A stretch of 64,000 nucleotides of DNA from Gonapodya sp. JEL0774 (taxonomy: Eukaryota), in the NCBI GenBank assembly GCA_027604505.1, contig JADIIX010000029.1, forward strand, positions 1 through 64,000, written 5' to 3'. The notes below the pieces were generated by a model. It was not told the origin of the DNA and searched no databases. It was given only the letters and a program-made list of their open reading frames with translations. Shown piece by piece: positions 12,859 to 26,045 of this stretch. Each line of letters begins with the position of its first letter. Position 1 is the stretch's first letter. The position numbers and the translations under genes were made by a program.

Positions 12859-14172
12859 TTACACTTCTTTTGTTGCATTAGTGTATGTGGCGATCACCAA
12901 TCTTCTCTTCTCTAACTCCTCGTCGCTCTCTATCTCGCCCATTATCCACCCGAGGATTTTCGCACCGACCCACCTGAGATTTCAAAGTATGTGTAAGCAG
13001 ACGATATTGATGTTGTTTCATTGTCCGTACTGTTGCCCCAACTCACATATCGTCCACACCATTCTGTTGTGCATCAGTGAGGTCATCTTTCAGCGCGATG
13101 TACGTCGCCTCCTGCATTATTTCTCCCCCAGTATACATTTCTTGACTTTTGGCGAGGTTCTCCCATCTTCGGTCCAAGAAATCCATCATAGAACCCGCGA
13201 GGATTTCTGGATGGGGCTGCAAGCAACCTTGTTTAACCGCCGCACACTCCTGTTGCTAGCACCATATATGCCTACCTGAAACGTCAACACTGTGTCACCG
13301 TATACCACTCCTTGCACAGCACACTTATCGGTGTAGCCCAGCACTTCTCCTCCTGGAATCGCCTTCTCCACAACATCTTGGTGACCAAGACACAGTCGCA
13401 TCTGTTTCCGATCTGTCTTGAAGATTCGATGAAAGGCTGGAGTGAGATTCACAACTGCTGTGCCCTCTTCGATGCCCAGTGGGTTCAAAATCACGTTGCC
13501 GCCAAGTGCTTGGTTCACGATTTGATGGCTGGAATGCAGATCGTTATCGTCAAAACAGTTAAATGACTTTCTTTTATTGGAAGCTGGCCAGTACCCGAAA
13601 CAAAATCCAATTATTTTTGTTGTCTTGTGATTCGCACGTATCCAATCGGCAAGCTTCTGGATCCACGGATGTGTTTCGTACGCCGCGCTTCCTGTAGTCG
13701 ACGGACCATGAGTATGTAATAGGCGCAGAGCCACTTACACAATTGCAAGACTCACTTGACCCCGTAACAATGCAGCAATCGAGTGTCTTGAGATCAGACT
13801 CTGTGGGCAAGTCCTCTTTCCAACAATCGAAATGCGTGATCGTGACCTCAACTTTGGATGTTGGCGTATTGTAGTAAGTATTGGGTACGTTGATGGAGAA
13901 GAAGTCCTGGAACCTGGTGTGCCCAACAGAAGATACGTACTCGGTTACTACTTGTGTTCGGTCAAACGCACTGAAATTGCATTATGAGGTCCCTTTATAA
14001 TTCAGCATTGTTCGACTTACCACTTGTCGTGACTACCCCATTTTTCTGCAAGATCTTGCATCCAGTCGAGGGCGTCCATGTAATCTGCAAGGAGAAGACC
14101 GATCCTGACGTGTCGTGCGACGTCCAGAGCGGAATCGGTGCGAGCGGGCTCGACGTTCCTGAGAGAAGTCAT
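12859..14172 (-). CDS. Class I glutamine amidotransferase-like protein (spliced)
   Basis: CIVTGS...SAAYETHPWIQKL, KIIGFCFG|HQIVNQALGG (nucleophile Cys), HQDVV and TFQ|PHPE (His-Pro-Glu triad motif). Confidence 0.85.
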
Positions 14173-14652
14173 TGCGAGTACGGAGTGGAAGAGCAAGCGA
14201 TTACTATCAGCTTGTATTAAGCCGGTTCAAAGGAGTGAGAGATGGCGGCAGCAGAACCGATGATCGAGAGCGGGGTCCGTGCCTCTCCAGAAACCCCACA
14301 GCAGAAGAAGCAAAGAAACATGCAAGAACTGACGTACATACCGTCAGTAATATGGACTGGTTACTTGAAGAAAATAATGATAGGAAAGGGAAATAAGAAC
14401 CGCATTATAGTAGATGTTCTCAAGAACTGCAGAGCGTTGACCAATAGTGAAGGCGACGGTTCCTAAGTAACTCTCATCCTACTCTTCTAATCGCAATTCA
14501 CACGTTTCACACGATACACACCAATACTAGCTTTTAGTGGTTCAAGTTTTCTGCATCCTTGCAATTCTGGTGGAGTGGGCACTGCACTGCCGGTCGACCG
14601 TTGACCGGAGCACCGATAACTGAACATCATCGAACACCCACAGAGAATCGAC

Positions 14653-15629
14653 ATGGCTCACGACAAGTCACGCGCCGCAGTACCAATGTTCCATGAACCG
14701 TCTATGTGAGTTAACGGAAGACCATCGAGAGTTCGATTTGATATTCATGCCGGACTAATGACTTTGCAAAACACATTGAAACCGTCAAACCCGAACCACC
14801 GGCATGTCGTTTTTCAATGCGCAATTGTTAAACTCAAGGTTTGACAAGTGGAAGATGGGTGCTTTGATGGGAGGAACTGTCGGATTGTGCTTGGGATTTC
14901 TCTTCGGGAGTTATCAAGTCTTAGTGTAAGTATTTGACAATTGTGACACAAGGAGGTTATACAATACTGGACAACAAAATTATAATATCTCCATACGTGC
15001 GTATGATGGGAGGGGTGTCAAGTGAGGAGGATGGAGGAAAATACTTGACGAAACCCTCGAAATGCCCCATCTCTGGTGTCCCATCACACACTCGAAGTCT
15101 GCTATGAGGGTCGGAGGGATGAGTCGGCTGCTTATGGATCTCTGCCATTCGTGACTGGATAAATATGACTCCTCGCTCCGACGGCGACCTCAGCTTGAGT
15201 CATTGCGGTTGCAAGTCTCACCGCTCAATCCCCTGAAAGAAGTACAGTTGTCTCTGCGTGACCATTGGTGAGCTGACATGCGATTCGCACGTCCATTTCA
15301 GCTACGGCCCTGGGCAACACGGTTACATGGGCACGTTATCTCGTGCAATGATCAGCTCAGGAACCACCTTTGGTTTCTTCATGGGGTAAGATCATCTCCT
15401 TCGTAGACGTGCGTTCTTTTCGATTCAAAATGATTCGTTAACGCATACGTTTGCACACTGGACATGATTCTTCAGCATTGGTACTGTCATCCGAACCGAG
15501 GAACTGGACGCTGCGAGGCAACTGATGATGAAGAGGCGAGGAGCAATTCCCGCTCACGAGGGCTGGTCAGCAGTGAAGAGGATGGACGTGTTTGTACAAG
15601 AAGGTGAACGAGTGCGACGGGTCATGTGA
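14653..15629 (+). CDS. MGR2: Mitochondrial Mgr2/Romo1 family small membrane protein (4 exons; absent from the ORF track)
   Basis: Exons translate to FDKWKMGALMGGTVGLCLGFLFG, YGPGQHGYMGTLSRAMISSGTTFGFFMG and IGTVIR, with canonical GT-AG introns. Confidence 0.85.
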
Positions 15630-16242
15630 TGTTGAGATGACCAGTACGCTCAAACGAACAAGAGGAACCTGCTTGAATTTGAGAGATAATTGATATGCAT
15701 GGACGTGCAGGTCCCGCTGAAGAATTGTATGATAAGAATATTGCGCGCATGGTGATTCAACCGTTGATAATGTGTCCGGGATTGCAGAGAGTGCTCGTGC
15801 AGATACAAAAAATGTATTGCTCGGCCAAGTGTGAGTTGAATGGAAAGTACAAACGAACACAATAGGCTTTCGCACCAGACCAGATTCTACAACATCGGGC
15901 TTTGACATTGCTTTCATCGAACAGTCACTAGCATTAAAACAAACCGACGGTGCCAGATGACATATTTGGCCGAGTCTTCCCCTCCCTAACCAAAACCGCT
16001 TTCTTGTCTATTGTCCGTTTCACACCCGCACTTTGACCGCCTGCCTCCATCGATAGTCCTGATGAATCAACGAGGTGGTTCTCGTTGGGACGCTCCAGAT
16101 GCCACCAAGCAGGGTCAACACTGACGGGGTTCCCTATAGGAGCTGGTTTCCAGACCTTCGCCGGGAAAGTGAACCAGGGGGAGTCGAGAGGGGGAGAATC
16201 GGACGGTAACGACTGACCGAATATATGCGGAGATGGTAATGG

Positions 16243-17731
16243 TCAGGAGACTTTAAACAAACCAATTGGAGTTGCGCATGAACTCACTTCAACGGTGCTT
16301 TCTTGAGTTTCCACTCTTGAATTGAGACGAACCTCCAATTCCTCCAACTGTACTTCCTCGAGGACACTCATTGTTGTGTCAGACCCTGATTCCCATTCCG
16401 CCCCAATGATTCCGAGCATCTTCTCTGCCGCCGATTTCGCAGTCCCTGGATCGCAAAGCATGACCACCTCCCGGGCAAATGCTGCGGATAGACCACTACC
16501 ATTGGCTGCACGAGATAGGCGCAAGCAGTGTGCCAAGAGTCGCCCGTAGTCCAGCAGAGGCCGAAGAGCTGCGTCCCGCAAAAGTAGAGTGGCAAAATTG
16601 AATAAACATGATTTATATGCGGAAAACATGGTTGAGTCCCACACAGAGGAAGAAACCACCTCCAAGTCGGTCGTCGACACTGGCCACTCTGACAACGCGA
16701 TTGCATCAGCTAGCCGCTCCAGCAGGCATTGGGCAAAATCAGATACGGAATCTGAAAGCGAACGCACGAGAGGCAGCCATAACTTGGATACTATGGCGGG
16801 GGGGAGGGGGGTGCTCAGTTTCTCTGTGTCCAGGAGTTCGGCGGGAACACTCGCGAAACCGATTGACGGGTCCATCAATGCGTCGATAAATAAGGAGAGA
16901 CCATCATGGGATGAGATTAAGTCCGCCACTTCACTGAGAGCTCTTGCCATTTCGGAGTGAGGGTTTATTGCAGGTTCGGCATCCGCATAATTTGATTCCT
17001 TGTCAGTGGATCGCAGGGCGATGATGCCGGCTCGTACCGTCCGGTATCGGAGAACAAGAGTTCGCATGGAACTTGCAGGATTGATTAGGTAGGCACTCTG
17101 AACTGACCAGTAGTTTGAGTCGAGCCAGGCTAATGCCTACGCTTCAAGATTTGCTGTGAAGAGCAAGGAAACAAGGAAACAGCTACCAAGGAACAACGAA
17201 ACGCACCTGAGAGCACCCGTTACGAAGTGCAGTAATGCCTGGCATTCTCTCGTGCGTAGCGGCATGTCTGAGGTCGACGAACCATGCAGGTAGTCCGAGC
17301 TGACGGGCGAGAGAAACCACACTGGCAGCGTACTGTCCCTGCTGGACGGTCGCCACCAGACCATTCACGAAACGGACAAAAACCATTGAGTAGAGAATTC
17401 TGAGTTCGTGTTCAGATAATTCTTGTTCGAAGGTTCCGTTTCGTACAAAGTGAGGATCTCTCAGCGCAACTTCGACGAAGGATGCTGTCGAGTCGATTGC
17501 CGGAGGAAGAGTTCCCCTAGAGCGCCAGGCTTTAGCCTTCGAGACGGCAGTCTATGGACAGTTCGAGATGGTGCTATACATGATGTGAAAGCTCACCTTT
17601 TCCACACCCCACTGCGCGAACTCCAATGCCATGTCATCCCACGGTTCCGTCTTGACGAGGGCATACAATGATGAGTACAATCGCTCCCACTCATGTGCAT
17701 TTTTCCAGGGAACGACTCGCAGACGACCCAT
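16243..17731 (-). CDS. LAS1: Las1 pre-rRNA ITS2 (HEPN) endonuclease (spliced)
   Basis: MGRLRVVPWKNAHEW N-terminus, YSMVFVRFVNGLV, and LGLPAWFVDLRHAATHERMP (HEPN RxxxxH motif). Confidence 0.9.
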
Positions 17732-17734
17732 GGA

Positions 17735-17930
17735 GAGTGGCTTATGCCTCCTTGACTATAAGAATCACAATTCAAATTGTAACCCACCATCAGAGAGGGC
17801 ATTACTTATACTACAATTACAATCACTCGGCCATAATGACCCGGTAGTATTAGCTACCGATCAACGAATAAAAGTTACGCTAGGGATAACAGCTTAGTCC
17901 TAAGTTAGAGTTCAAATCGACGTAGAAGGT
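17735..17930 (+). pseudogene. rnl: NUMT: fragment of mitochondrial large-subunit rRNA (domain V)
   Basis: Colinear LSU domain V blocks: TGGCTTATGCCTCCTTGACT, GGCCATAATGACCCGGTAG, TCAACGAATAAAAGTTACGCTAGGGATAACAG and GAGTTCAAATCGACG. AT-richer than the flanks and only ~200 bp long. Confidence 0.8.
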
Positions 17931-18029
17931 AGATTTGACCCACTCTCACACAATTGCACGATGTTGATGAGCCCACAGGACGATGAAATCAACACTCAAT
18001 CCATTTTATTGCAAAAGATGCGAAATCTC

Positions 18030-21000
18030 TTAACGGAGACTTCGCAACCTGTACTTCAAAGCACCAAACGCAAGGATTCGCAATAGTACTACAATAATCA
18101 GAAGAATCAGGATGTCGAACCACACTCGCTCTCCAGCCATATTGACAATCTGCTCGAGAACCTGTTCACCCGTTTGATAGATGCAAGTCCCATCTGCCGT
18201 GATAGTTTATGAGAAATACGCCACAGGATGAGCGTTCCAAGGTACAATTACTCACCAGGGTATGCTTGGTCCAAGGTTGGTTTGCAAGAAAATGTGAGTC
18301 CCGTAAACTCTAGCGTTGTAAGAGCGTGAATGCCCCAGCGTAAAGGACTTGCGTGGTTGATCACATCCAGTACCCTTGGGAGATTGACTGCCCCGACACC
18401 GCACTATGAGAGGACTCATGAAAACGGGCCTAATCACACTGAAAAGGGACCTAAAACCGTTGTCACTCACCATCGAGACAAGACTAGAACTGATAACCGA
18501 TGCGACGCTGGGGAAAATTGAGAATGGCGACAAATCCGATTCATAACCACCCTGAGCGCAATAATGATATCTATCGTCACACTTACACAATCCCTAACCC
18601 AATGTCATCTACCAGACTCAAAATAAGAAGCGCCTAGATAAACAGGACAAGAGATTATTCAGTATTCTCTTAGCCATGAGATGCATGTTCCATGGAGCAC
18701 GCACCATCGACTCTCCGGCGTGCAGGAAAGCACCAGATACGAGCCAGTACAGGAAAAAGCGCCCCTCCGATATTTGAATTCCTGGAACAATGCCAGCAAG
18801 CACGGCGAATAGCAGCGATCCGACAATGGTTGTAGGAAGCTCGATGGTGAAGTGGGCAAGAAAGAATGGAAGAGCATTGTACGCTCCATCAGCGTACTCC
18901 CGATAGAACACAGAACGTTGCTGTGGATAGTAAGCCACAGTGGCGATGAGACCAATGAATACAACCGCCGGCACTTGAAACAACAACCCCTATCGGCAGG
19001 CGCCGCGCATGTGACGATTTTAAGGGTCAATGCCATTGCTTATCTAAAATGTGCTGCTCAAACTCACCAATCGATTCTGAATCGAGATAAAATCATGTTG
19101 AAGGCGATTGGAAAAGAAAACCATGACAATCAAGGCTAATCCCCCTGGGAGCATAATCTTGTCGAAGAATTCGTCTGAAAGTTGTTGCCATGGTGATCAG
19201 AACATCCGCAGTTGTGAGAATAACGGTTTTGTGCCTTACAAGATCTACGCTGGAGGTTTAGAATGTTCCTACGCATGAGCTGTGAAAAACATCGCCACGA
19301 ATAACCATTGAGGCGCAATCCCGCTTATCTCGACATTAAGCATCGAGCTTACGGTAACATAAGCTGTCGTAAATGGAGCTCCTGAAAATGTTGGCCCCTC
19401 TGTTTTTATAACCACATCGACACGATCTGGGTCGTTAACTTCCCGTTGATCGGGGATCGCTTGTGTGCGCTCCCTAAATTTCGCGACGATCTGATCCACG
19501 CGACCACGCGACTCCTTCTCAGCACTGGAGTCTCTAAGATCAACTGAAGTAACATCTGTGACGTGTTCGTGACCACGGAAAACAGAACGATTACACGGAA
19601 TCAAATCGATTTAGAGGCAAAAAACGAACTAAAATAAATCATAAAATATAACTCACCAATAATGTAATCTGCGGGATTGTCATTGTCAGGGCATTTGTGA
19701 CCTAGGTATCCGTGTACATATAGTCGTCCTTCACTCAAGAAACAAAAGGCTTTCACTTACCTGCTTCCTCGAAGAACTGAAGCATCCCAGGTCGGTCACC
19801 CTGGTACGCTACCCTTCCCCCACCTGAGAGCACTACTATACGATCAAAAAGCTCAAAAATTTCAGATCGTGTTTGCTGGGACGTGATCACGACGGTTCGA
19901 CCACTTTTTGCGATATTGTGCAAAGTTCGCGCGACTATTTGAGCAGCGGACGAATCCAAGCCAGTGGTAGCCTCGTCCTAGCCCACAAAAAAAATTGAAA
20001 TAAAATAAAATAAGGGAAGTGGTACCCGCCAAACTTAGAATAGTGGCATTATTACTTACAATTATTAGAACTTTCGGGTTGCAAATCATCCCCAAGCCGA
20101 TGCTTTACTCATCAGCAAAGAAGTCAATTTGAAGCGAGGTCGGTCGAAGAGAGACCTAGTTACTCACTTTAGTCGTCGCTTCTCACCCCCACTAATGCCC
20201 TTCACCATTGGATTCCCAACTTGGGTATTCGCACAATCCTTCAGACCCAACACCCTAATAATTTCGTTCACTCGCTCATCTTTTTCAAAGTCAGAAACGT
20301 TCCAGAGTCTCAGCCGGGCAGCGTATTGAACTGCAATGGCATTGTAAATGAGCATAAGTGAACTTCTAAAGCAGGAGAAACATCTGCAGCGAACTTACGA
20401 GTCTCTCGGACAGTAAGGAAGGGGAAAATGGCGTCGTTGTCTTTACGTACGAATCCAACGAGAGAAGTGAGCGCCAACAGGGAGGGATCGACTTCTTCGT
20501 TATAAACGACGCGCCCCTCTTTCACGTAACGCTGAAATAGCGTTGCCGGATACCGGGCTCGCAAAACATAATTAAGAAGGCTTTGGTAGAAGGACCAAGT
20601 GCGTTGGGAACAGAGCGAAACAGCTAAGTAGGCCTTGCATCACTCACGTGGTTTTTCCACTGGATCCGGTTCCCAACACGGCAGAAAAATTACCACTCTT
20701 GAAACTGGTGGTTATGTCGTCCAGAAGAATCTTTGCACTTGTGGGCTTCGATCCCGGAATCAAACCGTGTCGGATCACTGAGAGTTTTGCTCCTTCAATC
20801 CGAACGTCTGTGCGTTCGGCTTCCGGCAGAGACCCTCTACTCAAGCCTTGCTCCAGGTCAATACTGGTTCCGTTTTCTTGAAGGGACTTCTTTGACTTGG
20901 TCTTGAGCGGGGTTGCAGTTGCCTGACCCGCTAGTTCCGTATCTACTTGAACAGTATGAAGAAAGACGGCTGACTCGGACACGAAGATCGCTTTTGAAAC

Positions 21001-24000
21001 AATTGTTCATGAGACAGATTTCCAGATATTAGATCGCGCACCTGTCAGACAGATTTGGACAAGGACGATAAGGATCATCACCCCAATTCGTATCCCAATA
21101 GCATCCTGTGGCGAATTTCCGACTTGGTAGATAATATTGTTTCCATCGTACGCCGAACACCTAGAGACACGAGGTTGCTCACAAAAGAAATTGATTGCTT
21201 CCCACGGATAGTAACTTACAGTGGACTTGTCTGGTCAGGGACGGGACAGGGAAATTTCCGATCGCGGAACTCTGTGAGAACCGAGATTTGGAAGGCCCAG
21301 AAACTGCTTGAAATGTACTTCGTCCAGATGAGCCAAACCGGGATGGTGGTCTGAAGGGGATTGGTTGTGTGAGACTCTGATAGAGCAGTCGTCGAGTGAG
21401 ACACAAAAAAAACCACGAACCGTTTGAAGAATGAATCCTACAAGCGAATAAAATAGGCTCAATATGGGAGAGGAATCCACCAAGCGGCCCATACTAGATC
21501 CATCAATGACTTACCACTCGCAAATCCAGGAATAGATGCCAGAGAATTCGCCATGAGCGCCGCTTTATCATATAGCCTCGTTGCGGCAACACACATGAGT
21601 CCGAGAGACCAGTAACTCTACATAGGGGCAATAATAGGGTGAGTGACATTTTGCTACCCAGAAACCATCGCGACAACCCACCAAAACGGTAAGAATGTGT
21701 ACAACGGCCCAATATATCCAATATGTAAAGCCAGCCCTCATACCGCTCATGGCATACAAGATGCCGATGAAAACTAGACATTTGCATTTCCGCAATTAGA
21801 GATGCGATTTCGTTAGCCAAACGCGATTAAGCTCCGGCTTCATATGCAAATAATGTTCGACGGATGCTATCCAGAACTCACTTAGGGGTGCGACTACCGT
21901 AAAAGGAATATAAGTGAGAAACTGAGCCAGCAACCACGATGCGACTCCGTGAGCCTGTCAGTGACATGTCGGTATGCACGTGAGGAAATGGCGTAATGCA
22001 TAGACGGCACTTCAACAAACGTTTTCTGCCCTATCCGCGTCAAAAATTGCTATATCTTTCGAGAAAAGGTAGATGAATATGGTCATGAGGACATCTGTGT
22101 TTTAAAACGAAGCTGCTTGGTGTCACGGAAGGGCCATAATCAGCACTGCAACACTCACATGGTTGTCCATTCATCGCCATTTGCGTCAGTGTGAGTCGAG
22201 ATCGAACGCCACTCTATAATATGTGATGTCGAGACCATTCAAGCATCTTATTGGTGTAGATGACAACGAGACCCGTTTCAGGGTTTGCTGAATGGAATGT
22301 CACTCACCGCTGGATCCTCTGGAATCTGCCAAAACACAAAACCGAGCACAATAGAGAAGAATAGTGCCTCGCCCAGTACGCCGAGGATGCTCCTAGAGTC
22401 TCTGAACATGTTTTTCATATTCCGGTAGCTGTGGAGTCCACAACACAATCGCAATTGCAGTCAGCACGGTGTTCGCATCTTATCCCTCCCTCAAATTCAA
22501 TCGGAACCTGCGTATTGCTCTCGCGTCTACGTACTAGAGCATCCCAAACTCAAGGAAGAACTTGCTGAATTTTGCCCGTGTGGAGACCCGCGGGGCGACC
22601 AAAGAGTTATTTGTCGAGGAGCGTCGGATCAACAGCGGTTTGCCAGATGGACTTGATCGCGCCAAAACCGTTGGGGCGGGTTGATCTTCCGAGCGAATCT
22701 CACTCAGCTCGATTCCGCGAATCTCTCCGTTTCCTGAGCCTTCGGCGGTTTTCTGGGGTGACAAGCCATTCGTGGTTGCATGTTGTTTCCAAGCCTGAAT
22801 GAGGATGGTGAGGCGAGCAGCCGAGAGTTTCTCAGAGTCCTCGGATGAGGTGTCAAGGGAGGATAAGTCCCTAGAACCAGTCAAGATTGAAATGAGTTTT
22901 GACAGGAGACAAGAACACCGTGGAGTTTGAGTGAATTGCCCTCAACTGCTGGTTACCGTCATGTTCGGCACTTCGACGACGCAGATTGTTTAGCGCGTTC
23001 CATAAACTCACAATATGAAATCCGCAGGATTCACCCCCTTTGGGCACGGATAGCCCAATTTTGCAAAATATGAGAGTATGTCCTTTTGCGGCCCACTGTA
23101 GACGAGATGCCCCCCTCTGCACAATAAGATTATGTTGTCGAAGCGTTCGAAGGCAGTGGCCCGGGGCTGGTGGACGCTCAAGACGACTGACAGTGGGATG
23201 GAAATCGGGTAATATAGGCAGTGGATTTCGCGTCCGATCAAGGGAAGGTGGGACTAGAACATGAGTTTCATTCTCCATTGATCAATGTTGCAGAAGTCTT
23301 ACCGGTTTTGCTTTGACGTTTGGCCAGAGACTCGAGCATTTCGATGAGTGCGAGAGCACTGAATGAATCGAGACCACTGGTTGAGAGAATAGAGAGTTTT
23401 ACAGAAGACAAAATGGTTACGACGAGGATTTATGGAGTTTTAAATGCTTTGTGATCACGCACGATGTCGGCTCGTCCAGGAAGATCACTTGGGGTAACGA
23501 CAACATTTGCACCGCAACACTAACACGGCGCTTCTCAGAGGAAGAGCATCCTCGCTTGGCAGAATCGCCAATGAGAGTGTTGGCACCTGTTCATAAGTTA
23601 TCGATTGCAAGCGTTAAGAGGGCCGAGATCCGTGGCACAAACCAGAAACCCAGGAGAAATCTCGCACTCACAATCTTTCAAACCAAGCTCCATAATAATT
23701 GCTTCAACGACATTAGTTCTCATGTCTGATGGTATCCCCGCTGGCATACGAAGGTACGCATTTATCGACAAAGTCTCTCGAACTGTCAGAAAGGGCAACA
23801 AAGTATCTTCCTGCTTCACGTATGCTGAGGTGTTTCGGAGAATGGCCTTAGAAACTGGGCGGTTGTTGAAGCAGATGGTGCCCTCGGTGCTTGCGTGTTT
23901 GATGCGTCCAGCGAGAGTGTTGAGCAAAGTAGTTTTACCCGCGCCCCTTTAATGCACGAAGTCCACGCAAGAAATATAAGTATTCTCCATGCAATAATTG

Positions 24001-24419
24001 AAATGGTAATGCATAGTCAGTGCAAGCGATTACCCACGACGCCCCCATGATCGCCGTAACCTGCCCAGGCGTGACGGTAGCACTAACATTCCGGAGCAAA
24101 CGAAGAGGCTTCGGAGGAGGTTTACCCGAAATTTTCTGGAGAATTGGGGCGATGGGGGATGGCGGTGGAACGACATCTACGCAAAGGCTGATGAAGGCAA
24201 CGAACAGCCATGAAGTAAACGGCATAGGGGACGGAGAACTTTTGCTCACTCGTCAATAGAAATAGCAACTAGTCGATGAAAGCCTGGGCGCGCGAGATTG
24301 ACGGTCATTCCCCTGGTGATTGGTCGAACATCGTGAACGACTTCTCCAGAACTTGTGACAGACATGGCAGCTGGGGGAGCTGAGGCAGGTACGTTGTGCT
24401 CACTGCCAGTCATCAGCAT
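18030..24419 (-). CDS. Full-size ABCG-family transporter (NBD-TMD-NBD-TMD, YOL075C-like), many introns; start approximate
   Basis: NBD1: MGAS|GAGKTTLLN, YVKQED, IFLDEPT, SVHQPR. NBD2: GTGSSGKTT, ISGGEKRR, DEATTGLDS. TMD motif VFYREYADGAY. C-terminus RILAFGALKYRLRSLR*. Confidence 0.88.
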
Positions 24420-26045
24420 CGACGTTGGCGTGATTTGATTTTCCACGCCTCCATTCGCTCGTGATATCGCCCGGGTGTTCTGCTAAATGGTTCACGCGTA
24501 CTTCGGCCAGGCATGGGATGCGTACGGCACTTCCTGTTTTGCCGTCAAAACTGGTCGGACTCTTCCTCATCTTATGGTTGAGTTCATCTATTTTCTATTT
24601 AGTGTTGCTTTCAGCTTTAGCCGTAGCCAGTGCAACCACCCTGCTGCACGCTACAGAGTAGTTATTGTGTCGAGCAGGGTGGGTGGTTGGTGCGTAGTGT
24701 TGAAGCCTCGCCCCGCCCATCCGCAAGTGTCTCAAAGGAAAGAAGGAGTCTAACTGCCATCATGAGGTCTTGCAACTCCTCGCCGATGAAGCGCCAAATG
24801 GGCGGGTCATATGAGTGCTCATATCTAAAGATCAATATATAAGCTGGTTTCATAATAGATGCAACAGCTGTATCCTCTATTGGACGCGCTCAGCTCGTAA
24901 CGATATGAACAGCTGCACTCTCGACAGAGCATCGCTCGTGTTATTGCATTCTGAATCAATGAACGTTAGAGATTACGGATTCAAGCTGGAGGGACCAAAG
25001 GACCCCTTTCATATGTAACTGAGGTATTAATAATAGTTTAAGAGAGGATGGTGTGCCGGCAGGTGGGTACAGGTATTGGCAGTGTACATTAACAAGATTT
25101 CAGACTGAGTAAATCTGAACGAAAATGGTGACACGGCTGGGGCCAACTATGGGCCAGCTATATGAGGAGAGTCGTAGGGACCTAAATGGAAGTAGATTGT
25201 CCTGGAAGTAGATTGTCCTGTTCGCCATGCTGGTGTCATAATATCTTTGTCGAACTAAATCAACGGCGGTCGGCGCCTTAATAAGTGAGCTAAACGCCTT
25301 AATAAGTGAGCTACTCTAATTCACAAGTGCATCTCCAAGCCAAAAGGATACGTTTCTTCCAAGGAAAGTGACCGCAAATCGCCAATATCATAAAATACAT
25401 CGCCAGGTGGCGCGCTCACCACTAGATCACCGTTCTGTACACGTGCTCCGGCCACCCTCATAATACACACCATTTCGCCAAGACGATCATCATAAAACAC
25501 TTAGAAACAGTCGCATTATGCGCACTAGCTTTACCGTGCATGAATAGAAACCTGGGCCTATTGGCTCGGTTATGCTGAGTTTAGCTTGTCTCGCAGCCCG
25601 TTACTGACATCGGATGCATTTACACGGTAGAACAACCAATTAGTCCGATGCACCAGGCTCGCCAAGTATGAAAGAGAAGCGTTTGGTATTCATTCCATCA
25701 AGACAGCTTATGTAAAAAGATCAAAAAAGGAACGGAGATCCTGAAGCCGACCCTGAGTTTCTCCTGGACTCTGTGTAACGATCCCCTGCCGACAGCGCAA
25801 GATGTGCACTGAGGTAGGACTTCACATCCACTATGCTTTCATAACGATGTACGAATTTTGGTGGACCGTATGGTGTTTTCGGAAGCGGCGATCTGATGTT
25901 TGGATTACGCCGTTGACGCCGCACTTGGCTCTCCTCAGGCCATACAGCCAAACCCTTTGGTAACCGCGGATTCCCCTCACCGCACAATTCGCTTGTACAT
26001 TCTCTTCACCCTCACGCATTCTACGTACTTGCTGTCGCTGGATCG

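Noticed and set aside
16058..16092. Hammerhead ribozyme (CTGATGA followed by a stem)
   Set aside because: The stem is followed by GGAC, not the required GAAA.
16140..16165. RNase P RNA on the minus strand (GAAGGTCTG resembles CR-I)
   Set aside because: I could not find a properly placed CR-V partner to form P4. The region is kept only as an unassigned structured RNA candidate.
17881..17898. Engineered I-SceI site or vector contamination
   Set aside because: Only the first 12 of the 18 nt match contiguously, and flanking blocks continue the rRNA homology, so it is natural rnl sequence.
18591..18600. Telomere-like CCCTAACCC
   Set aside because: It is an isolated 9-mer within the ABC transporter gene, expected by chance.
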